From: Sedimentisphaerales bacterium
Lineage (GTDB): Bacteria > Planctomycetota > Phycisphaerae > Sedimentisphaerales > Anaerobacaceae
Assembly: GCA_963708075.1 (NCBI GenBank)
Contig: OY970194.1
Location: 4,608,001-4,672,000, forward strand
Length of the DNA: 64,000 bases
Reading direction: 5' to 3'
Shown here piece by piece: positions 53,140 to 63,760 of this stretch; positions within the stretch are counted from its first letter, which is position 1; each line of letters begins with the position of its first letter. The notes under the pieces were generated by a model. It saw only the letters and a list, made by a program, of their open reading frames with translations, was not told the DNA's origin and did not search any database. The translations under genes were made by a program, and so were the position numbers.

Positions 53140-54057
53140 CTACTCGACGACATGGGTTTTGCCGGGATAGTGCTGGTCGAGCCAGTCCAGATCCACGCTC
53201 GGCGGATTGAATACCTGTCCCTTGCCGAAGCCTTTTGCGGCGGCTTCCGTCCGGCTGGTGCAGTAAATGATCGTCCGCTTATCTTCCCACTTCTTGCGCT
53301 CCGCGTGGCCATCCATGAAGCTGAACGTGCAGGCGTCGCTGTGATAGATGCCCAGCGGGTCCCACATCGTGCCGGTTCGCGGGGTGTACGACCAGGCTCC
53401 GTGATTGTAGTTGCCCGCGGCGCCGTCGTAGAATTCCTCCACAAACAGCATCTTCAGCGCCTGGTCCTTGAACGTGAAGAGCTTCTTCGGGTCCTTCGGC
53501 TCGATCGCTTTGAGGTAGTCGGAGAGGGAGTAGCTGCGATAGATTCGATAGGCCGCACTGGCCCCCAGGCTCGTGCCGAGGTTCTTGCGATTGTCGCCCT
53601 GGCAGTGATAGACCTTCACGTCCTTCAGGTAGGGGTACAGGACGCCGGCCCTCAGGCCGTTGTATCGCTGCTCGATCGTCACGTCCCCGCTGTTCATGAC
53701 CATCATCGCCCCGCCGGCGGAAATATCCATCGGCGGCATCACCCACGGCGGAACACCGTTGATCGACCGCGACTCCGCCATGCCTCCGCAGATGGACCCG
53801 CCGTTCTCGTCGGCATACATGATGTAGGCCTGGGCGAGCGACCGCTGGTTGGCCAGGCAGGAAATCCCCCGGGCCTGCTCGCGGGCGATATTGAGGGACG
53901 GTATCAGGATGGCCATGAGCACGGCGATGATCGCAATCACCACCAGAAGCTCGATCAGCGTGAAACCGGCGGGATTTATGATCGACGATCTACGATTTAC
54001 GATTTGCCCGGATGCCGGGTATCGTGCCTTCACGGGTTTTGATGTGCCGGTTCGCAT
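53140..54057 (-). CDS. Prepilin-type / H-X9-DG protein
   Basis: [21 protein letters not shown]. Confidence 0.9.
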   Translation of the reverse strand: MRTGTSKPVKARYPASGQIVNRRSSIINPAGFTLIELLVVIAIIAVLMAILIPSLNIAREQARGISCLANQRSLAQAYIMYADENGGSICGGMAESRSINGVPPWVMPPMDISAGGAMMVMNSGDVTIEQRYNGLRAGVLYPYLKDVKVYHCQGDNRKNLGTSLGASAAYRIYRSYSLSDYLKAIEPKDPKKLFTFKDQALKMLFVEEFYDGAAGNYNHGAWSYTPRTGTMWDPLGIYHSDACTFSFMDGHAERKKWEDKRTIIYCTSRTEAAAKGFGKGQVFNPPSVDLDWLDQHYPGKTHVVE

Positions 54058-54110
54058 CTATTACCCTGTTTCTCTCAACTCCCGGTCAGGCCGCAAGTGA
54101 GGGACCACGA

Positions 54111-54923
54111 TCAATAGTCCTTGTAGCGACGCATCCATTCCGGCCAGTCGGTGCCCACGACGTTCCCGGCGAGGGTCCATGGGCCGGATTTGTTGTAGCC
54201 CTTGTGCCACTGGAGCGTCCATAGCTCCTTCAGGCCGACGCTGCGGACGGACCAATCGAGGAACGCCATACTGGTGGCCCCATCATGACGGTCGATACAG
54301 ATACGCTGCATGTGCACCGTGGACTGCCAAGCCTGGAACGGATCATTCGCCGGTCGGTCGACAGCCAGCGGGAAGACATTGAACCGCAGGGCGTCCATCA
54401 TGAGAGGTATATAGGCGGCGCCCGCCACGTTAGGAGTCCTCCACTGGTTCTTCGTCTCAAAACCTTCGTAGACCGTAGTGAGATCCGAGGGCGGGTTCTC
54501 CACCCAGCCGTTGATCCCGTAGCTGCCATAATCGCCCTCGGGAGCATATCCTTCGCCCCAGAACCTGCCCCAGGCGTTGTAGATGTTCAGGTTCTGCGTC
54601 GCCGCACCGTTATTCTCCTCAAAGATCGGTTTCGTGGCCGTGGGGCACAACATGATCTTGTGGTCGTTCTTGTATAGCGGCCGCAGTTCATTGAACCAGT
54701 GGTGCGTGTGGCCGTCGCCTGTGCCCGCCTGGAAGTTGCCGTTGTTGTCCTGGGTGAACATGGAAAAGAACAAACCCCACTGCTTGAGGTTCGCCCGGCA
54801 GGCCACGTTCCTCGCCTGCTTCTTCACTCGCGACAGGGCCGGCATCAGGATTGACATCAACAGAGCGATAATCGCGATCACAACGAGCAGCTCAATCAAG
54901 GTGAACGCTCTGCGCTTACCCAT
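54111..54923 (-). CDS. Prepilin-type / H-X9-DG-like protein
   Basis: [27 protein letters not shown]. Confidence 0.9.
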   Translation of the reverse strand: MGKRRAFTLIELLVVIAIIALLMSILMPALSRVKKQARNVACRANLKQWGLFFSMFTQDNNGNFQAGTGDGHTHHWFNELRPLYKNDHKIMLCPTATKPIFEENNGAATQNLNIYNAWGRFWGEGYAPEGDYGSYGINGWVENPPSDLTTVYEGFETKNQWRTPNVAGAAYIPLMMDALRFNVFPLAVDRPANDPFQAWQSTVHMQRICIDRHDGATSMAFLDWSVRSVGLKELWTLQWHKGYNKSGPWTLAGNVVGTDWPEWMRRYKDY

Positions 54924-55038
54924 CAGTACGCACTCCCGACAAACGTCAGTACCCATATGGCACAAAAAGCCGGACCGCCCACAGCGTCAGCCCGACTCAT
55001 TCTCTGTCACACACCACGCGACGGACCATCGCCCGTCG

Positions 55039-55914
55039 CTACTTCTGACCCCACATGGCGATAGCCGCCCAGATCAGGTCCGGGTTATCCGCCTGCGCGG
55101 GCGGATTCGCCGTGGGCGCGATCTCGCTGCCGACTTTTATGGTCCGAGGATCTTCCCACTTGTGATAATCCGCGTGTCCATCGGCAAAGGAGAAATTCGT
55201 GCCGTCGCCGTGGCGAACCGGGGGCGGGTCCCACCACCGCCAGTCGTTGCGGACCGTCGCCAGCGCCCGTACGGTCCAGCCGCCTATGGCCGCGGGGTTC
55301 GTCCCGCCGTCATCGAGGAACACCATGCGGAACGCCGGCTCCGAGATCCCCAGGCGCCTCTTGATCATCTTGACGCCATTGGGCGGCATGCTACTACTAT
55401 CCCAATAGATGCAGTTCATGGCGTCGGAGATCGAGTAGGTCCGCACCGGCGGTGTCTTGTGCCTGTAGGCATCCATCACCTTTCGCTCCACGGTCGCGCA
55501 CCTGTACAGCTTCAGTGTCTTCGTGTACGGCCACAGCGCGCCGTCCAGGATCGCCTGTTTCTTCTGCTGCTCCGTCAGAGTGGCCTGCCAGTCGACCTCG
55601 CACCAGGGCTTCTCATTGTAGTGGGACCGAATGAAAGGCACAGTCGGATCGGTGTACATGCCGGGACGATTTCTGTACTCACCCGAGTCGCCGTTGACGA
55701 GCTTGTCGTCGTTGTCGTCGGAGTAGACGGTCCAAGCGAGTGTAAGCTGTTTGAGATTACTCAGGCACGCGGCTCGTTTGCCCTGCTCTTTAGCGCGATT
55801 CAGGGCGGGCATCAGAATGGCCATCAGGAGAGCAATGATGGCGATGACCACGAGTAGCTCGATCAGGGTGAATCCTCTTCGTCCCCTGCCCATAGTTGGC
55901 TTTCGCTTTGTCAC
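55039..55914 (-). CDS. Prepilin-type / H-X9-DG protein
   Basis: [22 protein letters not shown]. Confidence 0.9.
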   Translation of the reverse strand: MTKRKPTMGRGRRGFTLIELLVVIAIIALLMAILMPALNRAKEQGKRAACLSNLKQLTLAWTVYSDDNDDKLVNGDSGEYRNRPGMYTDPTVPFIRSHYNEKPWCEVDWQATLTEQQKKQAILDGALWPYTKTLKLYRCATVERKVMDAYRHKTPPVRTYSISDAMNCIYWDSSSMPPNGVKMIKRRLGISEPAFRMVFLDDGGTNPAAIGGWTVRALATVRNDWRWWDPPPVRHGDGTNFSFADGHADYHKWEDPRTIKVGSEIAPTANPPAQADNPDLIWAAIAMWGQK

Positions 55915-56008
55915 GGTCCTTCACCTCCCAAGCAATAGTGCCAGGCGCTGCCGGATCGATACCGTCAAACCGCCATACCCGCCGAAGCGGCCGGCCGCGA
56001 CGATCCCG

Positions 56009-56848
56009 TTAAAAGTCTTTGAACGACTTGATCCAGTCGGGCCAATCCTGCTCCCGAACCCCGCCGGCGATTGTCATTGGGCCGCGGGTGTTGAACTTCT
56101 TGTGCCATTGGAGAGTGTAGAGTTCCTTCAGGCCGACCCTGCGAACGGACCAGTCCAGAAAGGAACTGCTCGTGAAGCCCCTGTGACGGTTGATGCAGAT
56201 GCGCCCCATGTTGTTGGAGCCCCACGCCTCGTACTCATTCGTTGCAGGCTTTTCGGCCTCCTTGGGCCAGTGGTCGAAGCGCATCGCATCCCCCATGACC
56301 GGAATATTGTTGGCATTGGCCAGACTATTCATGTCCCGATAGCCATAGGCGGCAGGTACCGCGCCTTCATACGAGCTGGTCCCCGGGATGCTCAGCATAT
56401 AGCCATTCAGACCATAGCTTCCTGACTGGCCACACGCAGGTATTGTATAAGTTTTGCCCTGGTAGGTCCGGGTGGCCTCGTTCGTGAAGATGCCCCAGGC
56501 ATTGTAGATGTTGAGCGTAGCTGCTCTGACGCCCTTCTCGTCATAGATCGGCTTGGTGGCTGTTGGACAGAACCATAGGCTGTTGGTCCTCCAATCCTGC
56601 TGTTCGAGCGGCAACTGGTGGACCCAATAGTAGCCTACATCACTGGTCCCGGAGTAGAAGCGCCCGTTGTTCTCTCCCATGTACACATTGAAGATAAGAT
56701 TCCACTGGCGCAGGTTCGCCTGGCACGCAACCGATCTAGCCTGATCCTTAACTTTGGCCAGGGCAGGCATGAGGATGGACATCAGCAGTGCGATGATGGC
56801 AATCACGACCAACAGTTCAATGAGTGTAAACGCGCGTCGCTTGACCAT
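56009..56848 (-). CDS. Prepilin-type / H-X9-DG-like protein
   Basis: [27 protein letters not shown]. Confidence 0.9.
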   Translation of the reverse strand: MVKRRAFTLIELLVVIAIIALLMSILMPALAKVKDQARSVACQANLRQWNLIFNVYMGENNGRFYSGTSDVGYYWVHQLPLEQQDWRTNSLWFCPTATKPIYDEKGVRAATLNIYNAWGIFTNEATRTYQGKTYTIPACGQSGSYGLNGYMLSIPGTSSYEGAVPAAYGYRDMNSLANANNIPVMGDAMRFDHWPKEAEKPATNEYEAWGSNNMGRICINRHRGFTSSSFLDWSVRRVGLKELYTLQWHKKFNTRGPMTIAGGVREQDWPDWIKSFKDF

Positions 56849-57245
56849 GTCTAGACTCCATAACCCACGATTCGATACATCTTCACCCAATAGAGATGCG
56901 ATAACTTGACACCCTGTTCCACCGTTTTCTACGTTTTTGTGCCTATGTACTCTCACCGGCGTTGCGTATCATTGTACCGCATCGCGGCCGGTGATGCAAA
57001 CCCAAAGTCCTCAAATATCCCGGATCGCCACGCGTTCCGGCAGCCATCCAGACGCCTCTCCACCCTCAATAGAATAGTCCGCCAATAGGAATTTTCTCCC
57101 CCAAAACGGCATCGCGGTGAGCTTTTTCCCTCGGACAATGCTGCAAGGCATCCGGCGGTCGTCAATGGGTATGACCGTGCCACCCGGGGTTGTGCTTTTC
57201 GAGGCCGGACACATACGAGTGCAGGCGTCAGATCCTGCATCACGC

Positions 57246-58439
57246 TCAGTGCATGTTCGTGTGGTTCGCGGCTGGGGGTGCACCGGCAGTTGGCGTCGCG
57301 GCCGGCGGTGTGGCGGCTGGGGCCGGAGAGGCCGAAGGGTCGGGCAAAGGCAACGGAGCCGTGCGATTGCCGGGTCCTGTCCCGTACGTGAAGTTGAGTT
57401 TCGGAACCAGGGCCCCCGCCTGCCCTGTGCCGCCCAGCACCTTGTCGTGCTCGGCCTGGAGGGTCTCAAGATTCGCCTCCTGCAAGGCCCTCGTCAGGGT
57501 CGGCTGCCGCACGCCCAGGAGCTTGCTGAGGCACTTGTCCTCTACCTCGGCAATCACCGAGGTCAGGTAACTTCTGGAGGCGCCGGTCAGGATATTTCGC
57601 TGCTGGCCCTTGATGTACCGTTGGATGGCAAACGAGTAAAGCTGGGCGAACCGCCTGGCGACCTCCGGGTTGGGGGTGCCTGCGGTGAGCCGGTTGCTGA
57701 GCAGCTTCAGGACAGCCGCATCCGCCAGCTCGTACCCGGTATTCCAGGCGGCATAACGCTTGATCCGCTCATCGGCGGCGTGGATAAGCAGAGTCTCAGC
57801 CGCGGGGGTGTTGAACCGGCCGGCAAAATCGACCATCAGGCTCACGACTTCCGGGCTGCTGGTTTCGATCACCTTGTTGCACTCGGCGAGGATCCGGTCG
57901 GCCAGTTGTGCCGCGGCCGCCTGGTTCTGGTTGAGCTTGGCCCATAGGGCCTGGTCGGTAGCCGTGCGGACGGCCCAATATCGAACGCCGTTGTCCTCCT
58001 GCCCGATACTGCGAACGGCCGTGTCCACCAGCCGCGGATCCTTGAGACTATCCACGAGGATCAGCAGGTTCGCCATGACCTGGAACCGCCTCACCGGATC
58101 GGCGATCCCCTGGGCTTCCTGCAGCCGGGCCAGAATGTGCTTGCCGGCAGACTCCGAGAGCTGTTGCCCGTATTGTGCCTGCGTGCCTTGTCTGCTCAAC
58201 AGGCCAGCGCGGGTCGTGGCAATCTGGGAAAAATCGTCTGTCTGGGCGATCTCCTCCACGACGTCACGCACGAACGCATCGATGGTTGCCAGGTCCTGCG
58301 GGGTCAATACGCTCTTTTTCAGGACCTCATCGATGGCCCGGGTATCGACAACCGCCTTGGCAACAGACAAAAACGCCAGCACCAGGCCGCCGACAAGGAG
58401 GATAAGAACCGTGCTTCTTATCTTCATCTTCGTTAGCAT
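57246..58439 (-). CDS. Exported all-helical (HEAT-like) hypothetical protein
   Basis: Signal peptide, helical composition, VRYWAV motif, Pro/Ala tail. Confidence 0.7.
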   Translation of the reverse strand: MLTKMKIRSTVLILLVGGLVLAFLSVAKAVVDTRAIDEVLKKSVLTPQDLATIDAFVRDVVEEIAQTDDFSQIATTRAGLLSRQGTQAQYGQQLSESAGKHILARLQEAQGIADPVRRFQVMANLLILVDSLKDPRLVDTAVRSIGQEDNGVRYWAVRTATDQALWAKLNQNQAAAAQLADRILAECNKVIETSSPEVVSLMVDFAGRFNTPAAETLLIHAADERIKRYAAWNTGYELADAAVLKLLSNRLTAGTPNPEVARRFAQLYSFAIQRYIKGQQRNILTGASRSYLTSVIAEVEDKCLSKLLGVRQPTLTRALQEANLETLQAEHDKVLGGTGQAGALVPKLNFTYGTGPGNRTAPLPLPDPSASPAPAATPPAATPTAGAPPAANHTNMH

Positions 58440-58528
58440 TCCTTTCAACAGGACCCTCTACCAATTTATCCAGCTTAACTTTACAGGTCGGTCTTGTCAA
58501 GGGAAATCACCGGTATAGAAGTAGGCGC

Positions 58529-59814
58529 TGGCCTGCCCCCGGATTATGTGCCAGCTCGAATTAGAGAGTTAACGACAACTTCTTGCCTGTTTGGCGTAGG
58601 CGCAGGCCCCGCCCAAGCCGGAGCCGAAGCCAAACAGGCGGCGGCGAATGCCGCCGGGGTTGCGTAATTCAGCGAACTGTGCGGCCGGTGATGATTGTAC
58701 CGCAGACGATAATCCTCCACCAGTACCTTGGCCTCCCGAAGGTTTCCAAACACCTCCGTGTTCAGCAGCTCATCCCGCAGGCGGCTGTTGAACGACTCGA
58801 TGTACGCGTTCTCCCACGGGCTGCCCGGGGCAATGTACAGCGTGCCGACTCCCGATGTCTTGAGCCACGCCTGGACCGCTTCGGCCACGAACTCCGGCCC
58901 GTTGTCACTGCGCAGGTACTGCGGTGACCCACGCACCGCGAACAGATAGTCCAATGTGGCGATCACATCCTGGCTCTTGATGCGGCGAGCCACCTCGATC
59001 GTCAGACTCTCGCGCGTGTACTCATCCAGGACCACCAGCAGCTTGAGCCGCCGACCGTCGGCGGTCTGGTCCGTCACGAAATCATAGCTCCACACGTGGT
59101 TGATGTGCTCGGCTTTTCGCCGCAGGCAACCATTCTGCGAATCGCCCAGCCGCTTGCGTTTTCCCTTCTTCTCAGGCACTTTCAAGCCCTCCTGACGCCA
59201 GAGTCGATACACCCGTTTGCGATTGACCGACCAACCCTCGGCCCGCAATAGAGCCGTGATCCGCCGGTAGCCGTAGCGCGGATGCCTGCGGCTCAGCCGC
59301 TGCATCGCACCGACCAGAGCCTTGTCCTGATCCACCCGACACGGCCGATACCGCTGCGTGCCCCGCGGCTGGCCCAGCGACTGGCACACCCGACGCTGCG
59401 AGAACCTCCAGGCGTTGACACACATGCTCCACCGCCTCTCGCCGCCGCGTCGGGCTCAGTATTTTCCCTCAAGGGCCTCCTTCAGAATCGCCTTGTCCAG
59501 CGACAGGTCCGCCACCAGCTTCTTGAGCCGAGCGTTCTCCTTTTGCAGATCCTTCAGCCGCCGGGCCTGATCGACCTTCAGGTGGCCGTAGCTCTTGCGC
59601 CAGTTGTAATACGTCGCGTCGCTGACGCCGAACTCGCGACAGACCTCCTCGACGGTCTTGCCCTCCGCGATCTTGCCCTCGGCCTCACGCAGAAATTTCA
59701 CGATCTGTTCCGGACTGTACTTCTGCTTCATCGGGGTATCCTTTCTGTAAATCCCAACCTATTCTAACGGATACCCTCTAACCCTCACTGGCACATTTTC
59801 TCGGGGGCAGGCCA
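58529..59814 (-). mobile_element. IS3-family insertion sequence with 4-bp target duplication
   Basis: TIRs TGGCCTGCCCCCGGATTATGTGCCAG and CTGGCACATTTTCTCGGGGGCAGGCCA; GCGC at 58525-28 and 59815-18. Confidence 0.93.
58544..59731 (-). CDS. IS3 transposase OrfA/OrfB (programmed -1 frameshift near 59465)
   Basis: OrfA HTH (59456..59731), slippery GGGAAAA before its stop; Orf[29 protein letters not shown]. Confidence 0.93.
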
Positions 59815-59890
59815 GCGCTTAGTGTGAGGCCCGCAGTGTCCCATGTGGCACCGCCAGACTCGTCGGGTTCGTCCCAGACTCTTAAGTTCT

Positions 59891-59970
59891 GGGTGGCAGC
59901 GTCAAGCGCAGCTTGGCGATGGTTCGCCCATCCGCCATCGCCAAGGCCTTCAGCCTTGACGCTGCCACCC
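59891..59970. repeat. REPIN family 1, GTCAAG variant, inside an outer IR (59847-59876 / 60007-60036)
   Basis: Read directly from the sequence. Confidence 0.8.
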
Positions 59971-60218
59971 GTCTGGGAAGCTTGTACAGGCTCAATCTCT
60001 AGAATGTGGGACGAACCCAACTCGTTTGACGGTGCTGTCTCGATTGTGCCTGATTCTCCGAACCCCGTGGGCAAACAAGCCAGTTTGCCCGTGCCACCCA
60101 GGATTGGGCCTTTCCAGGCTAAGCAGGTACGTATAGAATCGCTCATTACGTGAGGTTGGGATCGATCTTGCCGGGTCTCGACAGATGTGCAAGTCACAGT
60201 GTCATACAGGAGCAGATT

Positions 60219-61874
60219 ATGAGACTATCAAGCTGGAGCGTTGTGATCGCGGCGTGGTATCTACTGGCGGCAGGGATCCTCGTGGCCGCACCGCAGGGCG
60301 AGGTCAGCATCACGGAGTATGGAGCCAAAGGTGATGGGAAGGAACTGTGCACGGAGGCGATCAATCGCGCTCTCAACACCGCTGCCGAAGCGGGCGGCGG
60401 GACAGTCCTTGTGCCCGCTGGGACATTCCTTACGGGCGCCATCAAGCTGCCCAGCCGTGTAACCCTCCACCTGGGACCCGGCGCCGTGCTCAAGGGCAGC
60501 ACCAATCTCGCGGATTACCAGGTCGACGGCCGCAGATACCCCCTCATACGGGCGGAGAAGGCTGAGAATATCGCCATCCTGGGCCCCGGCGTCATCGACG
60601 GCAGCGGCACCAGCTTCATGGACATGACCAAAACCCGGACGGGGCCCTATTTGCCCAAGGACCTGGACCCCAATTTTACGCGACAGGGACGCGAGTACAT
60701 GGATGCCAAGTTCGGCGAGGGCGACGGACCCGTGGTGTATCGGAGCCGCCCCAACAGGCTGATCCGGCTGACCGCGTGCACGAATGTCCTGCTGCGCGAT
60801 GTCATCCTCCGCAATGCCCCCTGCTGGACGCTCCATCTGGAGGATTGCGAGGACGTGGACGTCAGGGGCATCCGCATCGCCAACAACCTGCTGGTGCCCA
60901 ACAGCGACGGCATCCACTGCACAACCTGCCGCCGGGTGCATATCTCCGATTGCGAGATCAGCGCCGGCGACGACGCGATCTGCGTGACGAGCGTCGAGAG
61001 CAGGAACCCCGGCGTCTGCGAGGATGTGACGGTAGCCAACTGCACGCTGCAGTCGCGTTCCGCGGGCGTGCGGGTCGGCTACGGCAGGAACCCGATCAGG
61101 AATTGCACCTTCCAGAACCTCACGATCCGCGAGAGCAATCGCGGCCTGGGCCTGTTCGTCCGCGACGAAGGCTCCATAGAGAATATCCTGTTCTCGAATA
61201 TCGTCATCCGGACACGATTGCACACGGGCCACTGGTGGGGCAACGCCGAGCCGATCCACCTGTCCGTCATCCCCCAGAGAAAAGACGGCAATATCGGCAG
61301 GATAAGGAACATCGGCTTCTCAAACATCGTCGCCGAGAGCGAAAGCGGCATCGTCGTCTACGGCTCCAAGCCCGGCGATATCTCCAACGTCACCTTCGAC
61401 AACCTCACGCTCCACATCAAGAATAGTCCGTTGAACCCGAGCTATGGCGGCAACTTCGACCTTCGTCCCGCCTACGACACCCGGTTCGCCATCTTCAAGC
61501 ACGATATTCCTGCGGTCTTCTCCCGCTACACGGATGGGCTGACGATCCGCCGGCTGGAACTGGAGTGGGATGACAGCCTGCCGGAGTTCTTCGATCACGC
61601 GATTCTCTGCGAGCACTTCACCGGTTTGGTGATCGACGCTTTTCACGGCCGGCCGCCGCACCGGGGCGGGACCAACGCCGCGATCGCGCTGCAGCACGGC
61701 CGGGACGCGATCATCCGCAACTGCATCGCCGATGAAGGCACAGCGACGTTTCTGTCACATGAGGACGTCGCCGGCGATGTGCTCCTGGCGAACAATGATC
61801 TCGCTCATGCGGGTAAGCCCATCTCGCCCGCTACGGACAATTTCACCTCTGTCGGAAATCTGGTGTCGAAATGA
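60219..61874 (+). CDS. GH28-like pectin-lyase-fold glycoside hydrolase, exported
   Basis: YGAKGDG, GGGTVLVPAGTFLTG, NSDGI, AGDDAI; beta-helix repeats. Confidence 0.88.
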   Translation: MRLSSWSVVIAAWYLLAAGILVAAPQGEVSITEYGAKGDGKELCTEAINRALNTAAEAGGGTVLVPAGTFLTGAIKLPSRVTLHLGPGAVLKGSTNLADYQVDGRRYPLIRAEKAENIAILGPGVIDGSGTSFMDMTKTRTGPYLPKDLDPNFTRQGREYMDAKFGEGDGPVVYRSRPNRLIRLTACTNVLLRDVILRNAPCWTLHLEDCEDVDVRGIRIANNLLVPNSDGIHCTTCRRVHISDCEISAGDDAICVTSVESRNPGVCEDVTVANCTLQSRSAGVRVGYGRNPIRNCTFQNLTIRESNRGLGLFVRDEGSIENILFSNIVIRTRLHTGHWWGNAEPIHLSVIPQRKDGNIGRIRNIGFSNIVAESESGIVVYGSKPGDISNVTFDNLTLHIKNSPLNPSYGGNFDLRPAYDTRFAIFKHDIPAVFSRYTDGLTIRRLELEWDDSLPEFFDHAILCEHFTGLVIDAFHGRPPHRGGTNAAIALQHGRDAIIRNCIADEGTATFLSHEDVAGDVLLANNDLAHAGKPISPATDNFTSVGNLVSK

Positions 61875-63181
61875 TGCAGCCAGGTACACGCGCCCTCTAC
61901 GGGCTCATTGTCTCCCTGTCCATGGGATTGGCCGTTGCGAAAGCTGCTGCGCCCGAACCAGCCTCCGAAGCGACCCGCTACATGATTATCGTCACGGGCG
62001 GCGAACTGCTCGCGGGCGCCTATCCGGATGGACACACCCATTTCATCACCCGGACTCTGCACCCGCTGGGCCTGCATTGTGTCGGGTCGATGTGCGTTGA
62101 TGATAAACGTGCGGATATCCAGGAGGCCCTTCGCTTCGCCACCGGCAAGGCCCCGCTCGTCATCGTCACAGGCGGCCTCGGACCTACCGACAACGATATC
62201 ACGCGCGAGGCGCTGTCCGAGTTCTCCGGGATCGCCCTGAAGGAGCACCCGGATGTCCTGCGGGACATGGCCCGACGGTTCAAGACCGACCCGAACTCGC
62301 TTCGCTCGAATCTGCGGCGCCAGACACGGGTGCCCACAGGCGGCACATACCTGAAGAACGCGAATGGGACGGCCGTCGGCCTGGTGTTCGAGAAGCCTGA
62401 CCTGGTGATCGTCGCCCTGCCGGGACCGCCGCGGGAATTGCAGTCGATGGTCCAGGATGAGCTTGTGCCCTATCTGAGCCGGCGATTCGGCACACGCTTG
62501 CCCGGCGCTTCCCTGACGCTGCGCTTCGTGGGACTCGGCCAATCCGAGATCGATCAAAGACTCAAGGAGCACGTGACGCTGCCACCCGATGTGACGACCA
62601 CGTCGCAGTTCCAGGGCGGGCGGGTGGATTTCACTTTCTCGCTGCCTGAGGATACGGCAAAGGCCCGGGCACGGCTGCGCGAGCTGAAAGACCAGATCAC
62701 GAAAAACCTGGGCGACAACATCTACGGCGAGGGGGACACATCCCTGGAGCAGCACGTAGTGAACCTGCTCGCCGAGCGAGGCGAGAAGCTGGTGCTCGTG
62801 GAAGCCGGCAGCGGCGGGCATCTGGCGACGGCGATAAGCCACACCGATGGCGCTGTAAAGGTGCTGGCCGGCGCCTACGTAGCGCCAGGCACCGATGTGC
62901 TTCAGCACATGCTCCAAATGCCCCACGACGACCAGAAGGTGGAAACACTGGCCGGCGCGGCGTCCAAGGCGACGGAAAGTCAATGGGCGGTCGCGGTCGG
63001 CGAGATCACACGCGACGAGAACGGGGCCGGTTATGTGCAGGTGGTCCTCAAGCGGCCCGGCGGCATCGACAATCGCAAGGTCCAATTGCGCGGTACCGGC
63101 GAACCGGCCCAGGAGAACCTCTGTACACAACTGCTGGACCAATTGCGACGTGCCCTCAAAGGAGCAGGCAATGGGCAATGA
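61871..63181 (+). CDS. CinA-like protein (MoCF-like domain + degenerate PncC-like domain)
   Basis: TGGELL.G..D, TGGLGPTDNDITRE, NGTA, LPGPPREL. Confidence 0.8.
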   Translation: MMQPGTRALYGLIVSLSMGLAVAKAAAPEPASEATRYMIIVTGGELLAGAYPDGHTHFITRTLHPLGLHCVGSMCVDDKRADIQEALRFATGKAPLVIVTGGLGPTDNDITREALSEFSGIALKEHPDVLRDMARRFKTDPNSLRSNLRRQTRVPTGGTYLKNANGTAVGLVFEKPDLVIVALPGPPRELQSMVQDELVPYLSRRFGTRLPGASLTLRFVGLGQSEIDQRLKEHVTLPPDVTTTSQFQGGRVDFTFSLPEDTAKARARLRELKDQITKNLGDNIYGEGDTSLEQHVVNLLAERGEKLVLVEAGSGGHLATAISHTDGAVKVLAGAYVAPGTDVLQHMLQMPHDDQKVETLAGAASKATESQWAVAVGEITRDENGAGYVQVVLKRPGGIDNRKVQLRGTGEPAQENLCTQLLDQLRRALKGAGNGQ

Positions 63182-63641
63182 AATCTCCGTCAGGCCTGGC
63201 GAGATGAAGGATGCCGACGTGCTGGCCCAGGCCAACATCGCGATGGCTTGGGAAACGGAACAAAAGCGGCTGGAGCCGGCCACCATTGCCCAGGGCGTGC
63301 GGACCGTCCTCAGCAATCCGCTGCACGGCTTCTACGTCATCGCGGAGCAGGACGGGCAGACCGCGGGCTCTCTGCTGGTCACTTTCGAATGGAGCGACTG
63401 GCGGTCCGCCCTGATCTGGTGGGTTCAAAGCGTGTACGTCCAGCCTGCGTTTCGCCGGTGCGGCGTGTTCAAAAAACTCTACGAGTTCGTGGAAACACGG
63501 GCCGCCCAGAAGCCCGACGTCTGCGGAATCCGTCTCTACGTCGAGCAATCCAACCATATCGCCAAACAAGCCTACGCCGATGCCGGCATGCGCGAGACAA
63601 CCTACAGAATCTACGAGAAACTCTTCTGCGAAGGTATGTGA
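63171..63641 (+). CDS. GNAT acetyltransferase
   Basis: TFEWSDWR..WWVQSVYV..FRRCG..RLYVE..N..A. Confidence 0.9.
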   Translation: MGNEISVRPGEMKDADVLAQANIAMAWETEQKRLEPATIAQGVRTVLSNPLHGFYVIAEQDGQTAGSLLVTFEWSDWRSALIWWVQSVYVQPAFRRCGVFKKLYEFVETRAAQKPDVCGIRLYVEQSNHIAKQAYADAGMRETTYRIYEKLFCEGM

Positions 63642-63650
63642 AAGACAGCC

Positions 63651-63729
63651 GGGTGCCATGTCTACGCTTGCGTAGACATGTTCCATTCGACGGGCAAGGC
63701 ATACTTACGCAAGCATAAGCATGGCGCCC
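63651..63729. repeat. REPIN family 2
   Basis: GGGTGCCATGTCTACGCTTGCGTAGACATG..CATACTTACGCAAGCATAAGCATGGCGCCC. Confidence 0.8.
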
Positions 63730-63760
63730 ACGCTTGCTCATGGTATGCAAGCACCGGGTG

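Noticed and set aside
52150..56848. Similar 3' ends of pilin-like genes as DGR template/variable repeats
   Set aside because: Differences are not adenine-specific and no reverse transcriptase is present; ordinary paralogy explains it.
19026..63729. Repeats as a CRISPR array
   Set aside because: Copies are dispersed inverted doublets, not direct repeats with regular spacers, and there are no cas genes.
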